A stretch of DNA of 64,000 nt, taken from contig NC_043013.1 in NCBI RefSeq assembly GCF_006345805.1, forward strand, positions 13,640,001 through 13,704,000. Direction: 5' to 3'. Below the pieces are notes generated by a model. It had not been told where the DNA came from, did no database searches, and saw nothing but the letters and a program-made list of their open reading frames with translations. Shown piece by piece: positions 27,632 through 40,115 of this stretch (positions are counted from its first letter, which is position 1; every line of letters starts with the position of its first letter). A program made the position numbers and the translations under genes. This DNA comes from Octopus sinensis. Its lineage: Eukaryota.

Positions 27632-27727
27632 GTTCCCTGATGATCCGTTGTTGTTAAGAATCCATTCCACTTGAAACATCCAATGCAGTGTCGCAAAGAA
27701 CTAGAATAGTGAAACGTCCGTTGGAAC
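27632..27727 (+). ncRNA. Minimal type I hammerhead-like motif (unit copy 3, stem III palindrome mutated)
   Basis: gttcc-CTGATGA...GAAACGTCCGTT-ggaac. Confidence 0.5.
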
Positions 27728-28544
27728 GAATAATCTAGCCTTGTGTTTATCGGAATTGGTCATGCATATATATGCGTGTGTGTGTGTGTTCGTGCAGGCG
27801 TAAATGTATTCGTAAATATTGACATACAGACTTAACATCGATAATTATTATTAAGATATTGCTCAAAAATATATTTTATCGCTGTCGAGCCTTTTGAGGG
27901 TTAGAGAGATGAGTAACAGGAAAAGATAATTAACGGAATTATAATTGTTGGAAGCTATAGCGACACGGTATACAATGTTTTGATTAGAAGATATTTCTAA
28001 TTAAATGAAAGTCTCCGCCACATCACATCGCAATTCGAAGGCAAAGCATTTGAAATCCAAAAACGAGACATTGATAGGAAATCATTAATAAGCGAAAGAT
28101 ACAGTGAAGCCCTAGCAGTCTGAAAACATTTTAGGGGTTACTGATTGCATGGGACATATTTTCAGTTAAATTTAGAAACTTTTCTTTACAACCTTGATAA
28201 TATGTAGCTGCCCGGTCAATATTGAAAAGAGACAGCAAATCATATACATACACACACGTGCATACATAGTTACAGAGATATATACATACAAACATACACA
28301 CATAAATACCTACGTACAAATACATACATACGTACCTATACATACATACATACATACATACATACATACATACATACAAACAAACATACATACATACATA
28401 AATGTATGCATTCATGCATATATAATTAAACTGCCATGGTTGCTAGCTGCAAAGTGAAAGAACGAAGGAGAGTAGCATTACAGGGTTTGACAGGTAAATA
28501 TATGAATCAGACACACAAACATTCACATGCACACACACGTACAC

Positions 28545-28601
<57 letters not shown>

Positions 28602-30039
28602 ACACAGACGTCATACACAGAAGTATTTAGCAGCATTCAATATCCTTATTGTCGCTCGTAATTTACGTACCATGCAATTTTGATTTAGTTCTTTGTATTC
28701 CATTTGAGATTCTTGCTCACGTTCTCATAATTAATCGATCAATCATGTTCTGCTCTATTTTGAACAAACCTACACGTTGTATTATTATTTTTTCTTCCTT
28801 ATTCAATGAATAATCACAAACATCTTTGTATAGAAATCAACTTCTGTCTGGGCAAATGATATTACAGCAAAGAAGCATTGAACTATATTCACGATAAGGT
28901 ATGTAAGGGAATATTAGGGTGTGGATTTAGCTATAAGCATTTAAAATCCTTTTCAATTTAATACTATGATACATTGGTTGTTAGCTGCAAAGTGAAACAA
29001 GGATGACAAATATCATAATAGGTTTGGACATGTAAATATATAAATAACACACACACACATACACATACAGGCACGCACTCACACATGTGCACATTCTCTC
29101 ACGCATAAAACCACGTTCAGTCTCCTTTATCTCTCTCGGAATTCATGTACCACGCAGATTTATTTAATATGTTTGTATTCGATTTGAAATGTTTCTTGAA
29201 ATTCTCATAAATACTCTGCCCTATTTTAAACATACCCAGGCGTTGCCATGTAACATCAACCCTTAGGAACGAGAAATGCAGCAACAAAATCATTAGCAAT
29301 AAAGTTTTGGTTGAACCTATTTTCATAGGTATACACGTACTTGCCGTGCTCCCTATCTACCTGCCTATATACATACACACACACATATATGCATACATAC
29401 ACACATACATGCATACATGCATACATAGATACACACATATTACATGCATTCATACATACATAAATACCTACCTACATGCACACATGCATGCATACATACA
29501 TGCATATATATGTATACACTTTATTTTGTGTGTGTTCGTCTTCGGGTGTCTGAGCGACCTTCGATTTGGGTATATGTGTATATTTGTATAGATCTATCTT
29601 TTTCTCCCTGAAACAATATATTCTATTATTCATATATTCGGGAATATTTCTATTTCTATTTATTTTCCAACTGCTAATGCTCTCTGTCAATCAATTCACA
29701 GACTGACCATTTCCAAAGACACCCATCTTCATATATGTCTTACATCCCCCTCCCTCTCTTCTGTACTTTCTTTCTCACCATGTTTCTTTCCTTTCTCTCC
29801 TCTATTGTTTTGAGGAGTATTTATAACTCCCTTTATCATTTCTCTTAAATATAATATAATTTCAAACTATTTTCTTTACTTTTCACAGACTGATATTTCC
29901 TAAGATACCCTTTTTTTCTATTTCTCCTACATCCCCTCCCTCTCTCATGTGCTTCCTCTTTCTCTCCATGCTTCCTTTCTGTCTGTCATTGAGTCCCCGA
30001 TGTCATATCTAATCTAACATAACAGCCTTAACAGCCATC

Positions 30040-30610
30040 AAACATAACAGCCATAGGAACGGTTTCAATAACATCTCTTATCTTTTCTTTGTTAATGATC
30101 TGAAGCAGTATGAGCCAAATATTAACCACGATAAAGAGCAACTGGATCTCATAATTCTTTTCTCAAAAGATATCGGAATGGAATTTGTTGTGTCCAAATG
30201 TAAACTTTGAGAGACAAAATTTGGTAACCTTTTTCCCCCTCTCCAACACATTAAACATTAACCACCTAGAAATACAGTCTCAGCTCTCTTGGAAAAGTTA
30301 CAAATGTCTTGAACAGGATGAGAATGTCGGGTCCATTCATAAGGAGCGGACAAAATATAAGTTCTTGAAGAGGGTAAAAAACAATGGTCATCTGAACTCT
30401 CAGTTTACAACACGTGTACTGCTCCTTTGCAGTGCTTTTCCTCACACCTATACTATACGTTCTGAACTGGTCACTATCAGAACTCAGTGAGATGGATATA
30501 GATCCAATGAGCTGCTACGTGGTACAAAAACTTCAAATTCATTGGAGATTTTGATAGGCTATACTTCTCAAGCATGTATGGTGACCGTGGTCTCAAACAC
30601 CAGCTTCTAT
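30040..30610 (+). pseudogene. Highly degenerate R4/Dong-like reverse transcriptase fragment
   Basis: ISYLFFVNDLKQY...FSKDIGMEFVVSKC...SYKCL parallels HLLYMDDLKLY...EIDMKFGLEKC...TYKYL of the element at 35613-37518. Confidence 0.6.
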
Positions 30611-30879
30611 AATGGCTGAGTCAATAAAAATGGAATCTACAATAATGAGGAAAGTACAAAAGATAAATTGATCATCCCCAAATAGAGAAACGAACTAGGA
30701 TAATGCTTAAATTTGAGCTTTCAGCATTTAACACAATTATTTACTTCGGTAGTTAAGGTAGTATCTTAATAAATAAGACATTTATTATTAGTTGTAAGAC
30801 TTCGAAGAGTGTCAACAATTAATCGTAAAATGCGAGTGACTGATTTTCATTTATTCTTTCATTCATGGAGAATATGAAA

Positions 30880-31500
30880 CAGAAACATTTATGTAATGGT
30901 AATCCACTAGCAACCAACAATGACCAGTGTCCAGGAAAAATGCCGGCATTGCCCGTGCATGTGGTCCTTGCACCCACTGTTGGCTTCACAAAAGTTCACG
31001 CCCGCTTCGCCTCTCTACTGGACTGGGTATCAGAGAGTCGCCTCGTTGGCAATTGCACAACCTACAATCTTAGGTCCAATAAGGCTTCATAACACCTCAC
31101 AGGCCCTCTTCACCACTCATCTTTGATGATCCAGAGAAAAACCAACGCAAGATATACAGTGCAACAACGGGTCGCAGGCCCGTTGTTGCACTGGATATGG
31201 AGGACCATACTCACAAGTGCAAACAAAAGATCTTCAAAATGTTCAATGCCGTTCCCTATATATCTTTAATTCAGAGTGACTTTCTCCCAGTGGTCTTCCA
31301 ATTCACCGGACACCAACGCGGGATTTCTGAGATCCAGTACTGTTGCAAGATAGTTGTTGAACATACACAAGTTTCATCTGTCCTTTTGGCAAGTATTGTT
31401 TTTAGTCCTGCTGGGTTTCTAGTATCCCTCCTGATCAGGCAAGCCTAGTGGTGAAGCCGGTTGAGTCGTCCATTACTTGACCATGCAACAACTTCACTGG
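30880..31500 (-). mobile_element. Possible degenerate LINE 3' region
   Basis: GC-richer block with an LRWF-like remnant on the minus strand. Too decayed to classify. Confidence 0.3.
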
Positions 31501-31599
31501 ATTCCATGTTACTGGTAGCACTCATGAGAAACCTCACATGACACACACACACACCCACGCACACACACACACACACAGAGTATGAAATTTCTATGAAGA

Positions 31600-32462
31600 G
31601 ATTTTCACTGAGTAATAAGTTGAAGGGGTGGGAAATATCAAACATATAGTAAAAGAAGGAAAATGCACACAATCTATATACTTTTAATATATTTTATAAT
31701 AGAGTATTATCATAGTCTACCGGTTTCGCGTTTTGCTAATCATGGCTGGGAAATCGGTGGAAATACTGCAATTTCATAGCATTTTAAGGAGTTTTTAGTC
31801 CATTTTGTTTGCATTAGAGATTTGTTGTAAATGAACCAGTATGTCAAAAAATCTAAGGAGAGGTAATTGGTGATTGTTATTTCTCGCGGAACACTTTTTG
31901 TGGGTTACACTTTTTGGGGAGGGTAAATTTACCGTATTTATACTACGAAGTTGGTTATGCGTTAATGAATTAAAATATTTACAAAATCCAAAATTGGTTA
32001 TGCCTTCATATCCAGATACGGTTTGTATTTTTCATTTTATTTAATCATTCTTATACAGAGATTGTTTTCTTGCACTTGTAGAAGGGGAAATTCCCTGCAC
32101 ATCTCTATTTGTTCGCTGAATGGTATGTATTTGCACCTTGGGAAATGAATCTTTTCTTTAGGAAATATAGTTCTCCGTCTAAGTGGCATCTTTGTTTGGC
32201 CTATATAGTTGTGTCGGCATCCTGAACAAGTTAATACATAAATAAAAAAAAACTTGGCAAGCACAAAGGAAATTAATCCTAATTGTAAATCCCTGTCGTT
32301 TTTTGAAGTGAATTCCGAACCAAATAAGTTGAAGTATGTATGTATGTTTGTATGTATACATGTATGTATGTATGTATGTATGTATGTATGTATGTATGTA
32401 TGTATGTATGTATGTATGTATGTATGTATGTATGTTAGTATGTGTGTATGTATGTATGTATG

Positions 32463-32517
<55 letters not shown>

Positions 32518-32900
32518 GTAGATAGATAGATAGATAGGAACGTGGTTTGCCTCTGGGGAATAATTCGTCATCAAAAGGGAGATAATCTTTTCTTGGTTAG
32601 ACAAACTTGAAGAACTTATATATTTAATTTTTTAGCTTAAAAGGTTTCCAAAAGGTTTCTTACACAAAATAGAACAAAGCTCCTAGATATTTTTTGCCGT
32701 TGGTAGCCGTGTACATAATTTCTTTATCTGTGAATTAAGGCTACCATTGGTTTCATGTTAAGAAAAGTAGGGAAATATCCTAGTGTCTAGACAATTTTTC
32801 AAGTCTATCACATGAAGGTGTTCGACTCCATTTTGGAAAACAGTCTTCTACTTGTATGTTGAGGTAGTACCTCAACATACTAGTGGAAGGAAACCATGCT
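31600..32900 (-). mobile_element. Degenerate Penelope-like element (GIY-YIG remnant), interrupted by (TATG)n(TAGA)n at 32334-32536
   Basis: ORF 32037..32264 FFIYVLTCSGCRHNYIGQTKMPLRRR resembles the GIY-YIG remnant at 17808. Confidence 0.7.
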
Positions 32901-33535
32901 CACAACAAAAACAAACCAGTAATGTACAATAACTAGCCATTGATCCATTGTTTTACTGTGTATGTATATCTCTGTCTATGTCTCTATGTATCTCTGAGGA
33001 TGAGGATGAGTGTGCGTGTGTGTATATAGGTATAGCTATACTTTTGTATATGTGTGTGTGTCTATGTACATGTGCTTATGTCTGTATAGCCATATATGCT
33101 GTTGACATACAATCTTTGCATTAGTTGAGCGTCATATAATAAATAATATTTTTCTGTTCTTTGACAAAACATGTGAAAGTTATATTGAACGTTCTTGATT
33201 GGCTGGTAAATTATGTATCAATTATTATTATATAAATGATGAGGTTAATGTTCAAATTAATATTTAAATATATTTTGTATATTCAGAATTTTCTAATATG
33301 TATATTGGTTCTATATTTAGAAATATGCCTTTGTTCTGAATCTAACTTGATATAGGTTAATGATCTGACAATGATGTATATATAATCATATCAAAGGGAA
33401 ATGGAATTTAATTAAGATTATAAACATTTAATCAAAATTTACATTTCCAGTGGTCTAACGTGTAAGAAAATTAGTCAAAAAGACTATATATTAGTCATAC
33501 GATATATTGTATATTTAAACACAAGGAATCATGAC

Positions 33536-33588
<53 letters not shown>

Positions 33589-33896
33589 GAGGGAGAAAGA
33601 GAGAGAGAGAGAAGGTCAAGTCAATCTCTGTCTCTCTTGCTTACTCTTGTGGTTTCGACCACGAACCCACAAGTGTAAACAAGGGAGACAGAGACAGGCA
33701 GAAACAAGGAAAATGCCTCTTGTATTTGAATACTATGGAAATATTCTTTTAAGATACTTTTCATTTAATTTTTTCCAAATTTCCATGCTTGCAGCTGAAA
33801 AAGTTTCAATGAACGAAACCGGTACTGAAATGTTTTTTATAAAATTATTTTAGCATTTTCTATCTTGACTTTTTTCCACATATGTGTGTGTGTGTG

Positions 33897-33954
<58 letters not shown>

Positions 33955-34427
33955 CATTTATATATGTATATGCATATATGTGTATATATGTGTATTTATG
34001 GGTGTATATGTATCTGAATGGGTGTGTATGTATATGTATGCATGAATTTATATATATGTATATGTGTCTGGGTGTATTTATGTTTATGTCTATGAGTGGG
34101 GGTTTAGTTGTCGATATATGTTAATCATATTTATATAGACAACTATATAAAGTAGAATTTAGAAATATTAACTTATACTATAATTAAAGTAAGGTTAACA
34201 ATTAGTAAAGAATATTCGGTTTACGGAGCATAATGTCATGCACAGTTTTTGTTTGTATACTATTGCTAAGCGTAATAATTTAGATTAGTCATTTTGTTTG
34301 AAGTGTATTCTATCTACCTCCTACACACACGCAGATTCCTGAAAGCGAAAATGCTCCTAACGGTTTAATAGAGATTTGCGTTATTTTTATTTACCAAAAT
34401 GTTGTAACAAGGAACTTTCTCTTAAGT

Positions 34428-34548
34428 TCCCTGATGAAGCTGTTTTCCTAAATGCATTGTATTGATTAATTATTTAATTATTTAATCATTTAATTATATA
34501 ATCATAAACGGATATGCTCTTGGTAAATTAGCTGAAAGATGTGTCGGA
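34428..34548 (+). ncRNA. Minimal type I hammerhead-like motif with AT-rich expanded loop II
   Basis: tcc-CTGATGA-agct...agct-GAAA-gatgtg-T-C-gga. Stem I is only 3 bp and the stem III palindrome is decayed. Confidence 0.5.
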
Positions 34549-34709
34549 TATTTTATTTACTTATTAATCTTTTGTGAACTTTATAGATATTAGGAGAAAT
34601 AAATAATTAATTGCTATACCACTTTTCCATTGTGAACTTTATTTTATGCACACAGACACAGACATATACACATACACACTCAGACACACACACACACACA
34701 CACACGCAC

Positions 34710-34751
<42 letters not shown>

Positions 34752-34898
34752 CACATATGAGGGTTTACCCGAAAGAAACCGGAATTTTACAATATTATTG
34801 TATTCATATAGTTTTACATGTTTACACTTTTATTGCCTTCAAAGTATTTCTACATTATTTACATTTGGCGGATATTTGTCCTCATCTTCTTTCTTGTT

Positions 34899-34944
34899 AA
34901 CACAACGTTTCGGCTGATATACTCTCCAGCCTTCATCAGGTGTC
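34899..34944 (-). ncRNA. Compact type I hammerhead ribozyme with intact core
   Basis: Minus strand: gacac-CTGATGA-a-ggctg-gagagtatat-cagcc-GAAA-CG-T-T-gtgtt. It has 5-bp stem I, 5-bp stem II and palindromic ACGT stem III. Confidence 0.75.
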
Positions 34945-35013
34945 TTGGGGAAATTTCGAACCTGGGTTCTCATTCCTAAGGTATTTTTCAATGTTGTTAT
35001 TATTATTATTATT

Positions 35014-35567
35014 GAGTGAGAGAGCAGTGCATGCCATCAAAGTGACACTGGGGTAAAATATACGAAGCCCAATATACCCATCATGACTACCCGTCTGATA
35101 AGGGTACACCAGGCACATGCATCACAACCATATGTGCGCGACATGGTGATCTCATATCAAGATAAACAGCACATGACCTTGTAGGTGGGGCCCAGTTAGA
35201 ATTTTCTTCAGGTTGAGTAGCCCATCCCGCTCAAAAGGTCCCTGAATAAGGGTTGTTTAAGGATGTTGAAAGAACCACCCATGTTTCCAGAGGTGAATTA
35301 TTCAAATCCCAAAGAATCCCTCTCAACACATGGCTATGATGCTCCCCCACTACTTCTGCTCGTGATCAGAGATGCACATATCGTCAGCCACTAAGGGACA
35401 TGCTCAACTAGTTAAGGTCAAACAACTGACAAGCAAATCTGTGGTATTGAGCAGAATATTTGCTGTAGCCCATCTTTTATACCAAGACAAAACAATGTAC
35501 ATGATAACACTTCCAATCAGTTAAGATCAGAAGCCATGAGAGCCACTGCCTGGTACTGCATCAGAGC
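35014..35567 (-). mobile_element. ~550-bp non-coding module bounded by (TAA)n tracts, probably Dong-associated (3' UTR or non-autonomous element)
   Basis: Flanked by (TTA)n at 34993-35013 and 35568-35612, directly downstream of the Dong ORF. Confidence 0.5.
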
Positions 35568-35603
<36 letters not shown>

Positions 35604-35612
35604 CATTATTAT

Positions 35613-37518
35613 TCAGTAGTTTTATTTTTATAGCGTGCTTTCACTTCACTACCGAGCGCAGCTCTGTGTGCCTTGGGTATGTGCTTTGATTTGTTGTGAT
35701 GCTCTGATGGTTATTGTATGGAAAGTATTCTGCGTAGGATGTATGCAGTGCCTAGTAGTGCAATTTTCTGTATGTTATATGTGTTTGTAAGTCCTGGTGT
35801 TTTTGTTATGTATTTGTCTGATTATTTTTTTATCATGCCTAATGCACCTACTATGATAGGAATTGTTTCTGTCTTCAGATTCCACCTTCTAGTTACCTCT
35901 ATTTCCAGGTCTTTGTATTTTGAGAGTTTCTCCATTTCTCTTAGAGACACGTTGTCATCTGCCGGTATTGATACATCAATTAGAAAGCATTTTTTTCTTC
36001 ATGATCTCTGACAACTATACCTGGTCTGTTTGCCTTAATTTCTCTATCTGTGTGTATCGGCATATCCCAGAGTATGGTTGCTTTCTCGTTTTCTGTGACC
36101 TTTTCTGACGTGTGCCTATACCATCTTTTTTCTGTTGTTATTCCATAATGTTGGCATAGCTTCCAATGTATGTAGGTTCCAACTCTGTCATGTCTGTGAA
36201 TATATTCCTTCTTAGCCAGGACTGGGCAGCTAGAGATAATTTGATTTATTGTTTCTTGTCCATCTCCACATATTCTGCAGTTACTTGAAATATTTCGTTT
36301 CATTACATGTTTTTGGTAATTTCTGGTGAGGAGGCTTTGGTCTTGTGCTGCAATTAAAAATCCCTCTGTTTCTGCTTTGAGTCCTGAGCTTCTCAACCAT
36401 TGCTGGGATTTTCTTTGTCTATTTCTTTTGCGTTTAGTTTAGTCCAGTATTTACCATGAAGGGGCTTTTCTTGCCATCGTTTTATCATGGCTCGTTGCTG
36501 TTCTATTTTTAGTTTGGATTTTATTTGTTTTATAGCTTTTGTTGTTTCTTCTTCTTCTTCTTTTCTTCTCTTCTTCTTCTTCTTCTTCTCTTCATCGTCT
36601 TCTTATTATTCTTCTTCTTCTTCATCTTCTTCTTCATCTTTTCTTCTTCTTCTTCTTCTTCTTCTTCTTCATCGTCTTCTTCTTATTCTTCTTCTTCTTC
36701 ATCTTCTTCTTCATCTTCTTCTCTTCTTCTTCTTCTTCTTCTTCTTCTTCTTCTTCTTCTTCTTCTTCATATTTATTAGGTGGTATGATTTCCTGTTTGT
36801 ATTTGTCAGCTTCCTTAAATACTGAGAACAGTTTTTTGTTTTGCTCGTGTTTTGCCGCTATTTGTATCAGTCTTCCTTCCTTCTGAAGTAGATATTTTTG
36901 CAGTCCTATGGTGGTTATTTTATAGTAGTTTTCCAGCTGTATAAGGCCCCTACCACCTTCTATACGTTGTATATATAGTCTTTTCTATGTCAGATTTTGG
37001 GTGATGCATCCTAGATCCTGTCATTATTTTTCTTGTTTTCCTATCTATTTTGGTCAGTTCATTTCGTGTCCAGTTAAGGATATTGTAGCTGTAACTTATA
37101 ACTGGGACAGCTAAAGTGTTAATACCTATTATCTTGTTTTTAGCATTGAGCTCTGTTTTTAGTATTGATCTAACTCGTCTATAATATTCTTTTTTATTTC
37201 TCTTTCATTTGTGTATGTTGTGTCTTATCTAGTTCATGGATTCCCAAGTATTTGTAAGTTTGGCTTTGGTCTAATTCTTTTATTTCATTGGTTTTATCTA
37301 GTGTGATGTTGCTACTCTTAACTAGTTTTCCTCTTTTCATGGTTACTTTGGCGCATTTTTCTAATCCAAATTTCATATCTATTTCTTTGGTAAATCCATG
37401 AACTGTCTTTAATAGTGTTTCCAGCTGTTTGTCATTTGCAGCGTATAGTTTTAGGTCATCCATATATAAAAGGTGGCCGATCGTTTTGCCGTAACATTTA
37501 TATCCGCATCCAGTTCTA
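35613..37518 (-). mobile_element. 5'-truncated R4/Dong-clade non-LTR retrotransposon (RT + CCHC + restriction-like endonuclease)
   Basis: HLLYMDDLKLY, TYKYLG, ETEGFLIAAQDQ, CRICG..ETINQIISSC (CCHC), YIHRHD, ANRPGIVV..DVSIP. The 3' end aaataaaactactg runs into (AAT)n. Confidence 0.88.
36545..36770. repeat. (TTC)n expansion inside the Dong ORF
   Basis: Direct reading, ~225 bp, imperfect. Confidence 0.95.
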
Positions 37519-37559
37519 TGTGCGATTTGTATACTATCGTTCAAGACTTTGATGCGATG

Positions 37560-39520
37560 TATTTTTATTTTTATTATTGGTGTATCTCTTTGCTATCTTA
37601 TTGGACTATTCCTACTCGATACGTTGGGCATGATCTTTCCTGACGTATACTTCGCCATTTACAAAGACGATGCCCTCGGCTTAACTGCTAATACCAATGG
37701 ACCAGCACAGGATCGGTTTAGGAAGGACGATATCTTAGCATGACTTAACATGACTACAGACTTAGCATGACTACAGACACCAACCTGACGGTTGTCAATT
37801 TCCTAGGTGTATCCTTAGATCTAAATAAGAACATTTATAAGCCTTATAGGAAGCCCAACGATAGACTTAGTTATGTTAATGTGGATTCTTGCCATCCCCC
37901 CGTACTGTTTAAAAATTTAGTTAAAAACTGTAGCAAAAGATTTTCTAGCCTCTCCTCCGATAGGGACATTTTTAATAGCGTTTGAAAAGATAAAAGATAT
38001 AAAAGATAGTGGTTTTGGCGAGGAAATAACCTAAACACCTGCCACCAGTCCAATAATAAAGAAGAGGAAACATAGGAATAGGAAAACTATCTGGTTCACA
38101 CACCCCTACTCACCCGAGGTGAGCTTCAATATAGGCAAGTATTTCTTAGCACTGATAGACGTGTTCCAGTCAACCATACTTACAGAAAGCTCTTCAATAG
38201 ACATAACTTAAAAATCAGTTTCAGCTCAACTACCAATTTTAAAAATATAATCGCACACAACCCACAAAAATCACAATACAAAACCAGCTGTTCATGCAGG
38301 GATAACAATTTGTGCCCGCTAAATGGAGCTTGCATGACCAAGACCATCATTTATGAAGCCACCGTGGAATCTATATCCACTAAGGACACGGTTTCGATGA
38401 AGAAATACATAGGCCTTACAGAGGGTAGTTTCAAGGCCAGGTTCGATAATCACACCTTGAGCTTCAGGCACTGGGATAAAAGGAAAACGACCAAATTATC
38501 CAGTCATATATGGTCATTAAAGGATAAAGGTGTCAGTTACAACATTCATTAGAAGATCTTAGCCAAGTTTAAACCCTACACCAACGGCAGTGGAAAGTGT
38601 GGTCTTTGTGATATGGAAAGATGGCTCATCTGGAAAAAGCATCTTAGACCCCGCTACATGTCTGGATTCAAGAATTGAACTTTTCGGATCATGCCCATAC
38701 GTGGCTCAATATTTGTTACGTTTTTGGTCCTGCCGAGATTACAGATAGGACTTGCTTTCTATATTGTGTTCACGTACAAGCTTTTTATCTCTTTATAATT
38801 TTTACTTATATTTCTTATATATTTTTATATATATTTATATATCATTTATATGTATTTTTTACATATCTATAGAGATAGTTTTATAGGTTTATTGCTCATA
38901 TATTTTTTACTCATAATTTTTCCTTATTCTACCTTCCACCCTGCATTTTACCTGTGCGTATATAGACGTGTATATGGAATCGTTTGTGCGTGCGTATAGA
39001 TGTGTGCGTGTGTGTTGATATGTGCATATATAGATGTGTGTGTGTGCGTGCATGCGAGTATGTGCTTATATAGACGCGTGTGTGTGCGTGCATACGGGTA
39101 TGTGCGTATATAGATGTGTGTACGAACCTAGTTGGTGCGCATGTGTGTATGGCGAATGGTGTGGGTGAGAATGTGCACGTTTCAAGTGAGGGTGAATGAG
39201 TGTATACTTATAGGTGCATGTGCGTGGGTGTGAGGACGCGCATGTGTAGGTATGGACATGCGTGCTTACGCGAATACTATGAACATTTTACCCCCTTACT
39301 TTTATTCCCTCCCCTCACTTAGCGGTCATTCAAATAGCTCTTTTGTCTTAATAACGGTCAATCACACAGTAATTTCCCTTTGTTTAATGGTTATTTTCAT
39401 AGCGTTTCTTCTGATGGCCGGATAACTGAAGAGATGGCGGCGTGGCTTTCTACCCCGACATCCGAAATTCGGATTTTTATCACGGCTAGCAAATAATTGT
39501 CACATATTACAATTATATAT
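37560..39520 (+). mobile_element. Penelope-like element: RT C-terminus, GIY-YIG endonuclease and 3' pseudo-LTR, degenerate
   Basis: AIYKDDAL (YxDD), VNFLGVSLDL..YKPYRKPN..YVNVDSCHPP, CPLNGACMTKTIIYEATV..KYIGLTEGSFKARFDNH, C.LC..E. Confidence 0.85.
39416..39487 (+). ncRNA. Type I hammerhead-like motif at the Penelope-like 3' end
   Basis: ggccggataa-CTGAAGA-gatg...catc-c-GAAA-ttcgga-ttt-ttatc(a)cggct: extended stem I and near-palindromic stem III, with register irregularities. Confidence 0.55.
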
Positions 39521-39563
39521 ATATATATATATAGACACATACATGCATACATGCATACATACA

Positions 39564-39597
<34 letters not shown>

Positions 39598-39699
39598 CAT
39601 ACATACATACGTACATACATACATACATACATACATACATACATACATACATACATACATACATACATACATCATAGCTGCACCCTCGTTACACGAGAA

Positions 39700-40048
39700 A
39701 AGCCATTTCCAAAAAGACTTACTGAAATGATTCATTGTTGATGCCATGTGATGCGCTTATATGACTTTTAAGCCCAACCAAACTTTTACACATTTTATTA
39801 CATACTGCACAACTGTGCTGGCTGGCAGCAGAAACAAGTGCCACCATATTCACTCTCTTAACGTGTCTTTCCAGACCTCCAGATGAGAGGCACTCTCTTC
39901 CACATTTCACACATGTTCCGTTGTGAATTTTAATAGCCACATCACTGTTTATCATGGGTCGATTCCTGTAAGATTTTTGATGGCTCACCAGGCCTGCACG
40001 AGTCAAATACCTCTTCCCACAAACCGCACACACACAAACACAAACACA

Positions 40049-40115
<67 letters not shown>

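Larger units (their letters stand above)
2580..29990. repeat. Tandem array of a ~3.2-kb unit (partial 2580-3146, 3147-6388, 13700-17010, 26420-29620, partial 29620-29990) interrupted by Helitrons
   Basis: The unit start cgtg(t/g)tacgatttagtcc recurs at ~3147, 13701 and 26420. The unit end gatctatctttttctccct recurs at ~3107, 6349, 16922 and 29591. Internal blocks are collinear. Confidence 0.9.

Noticed and set aside
32860-32869. TGAGGTAGTA, identical to the let-7 5' end
   Set aside because: Only 10 nt match, and they lie across the centre of a short palindrome, not on the arm of a pre-miRNA hairpin.
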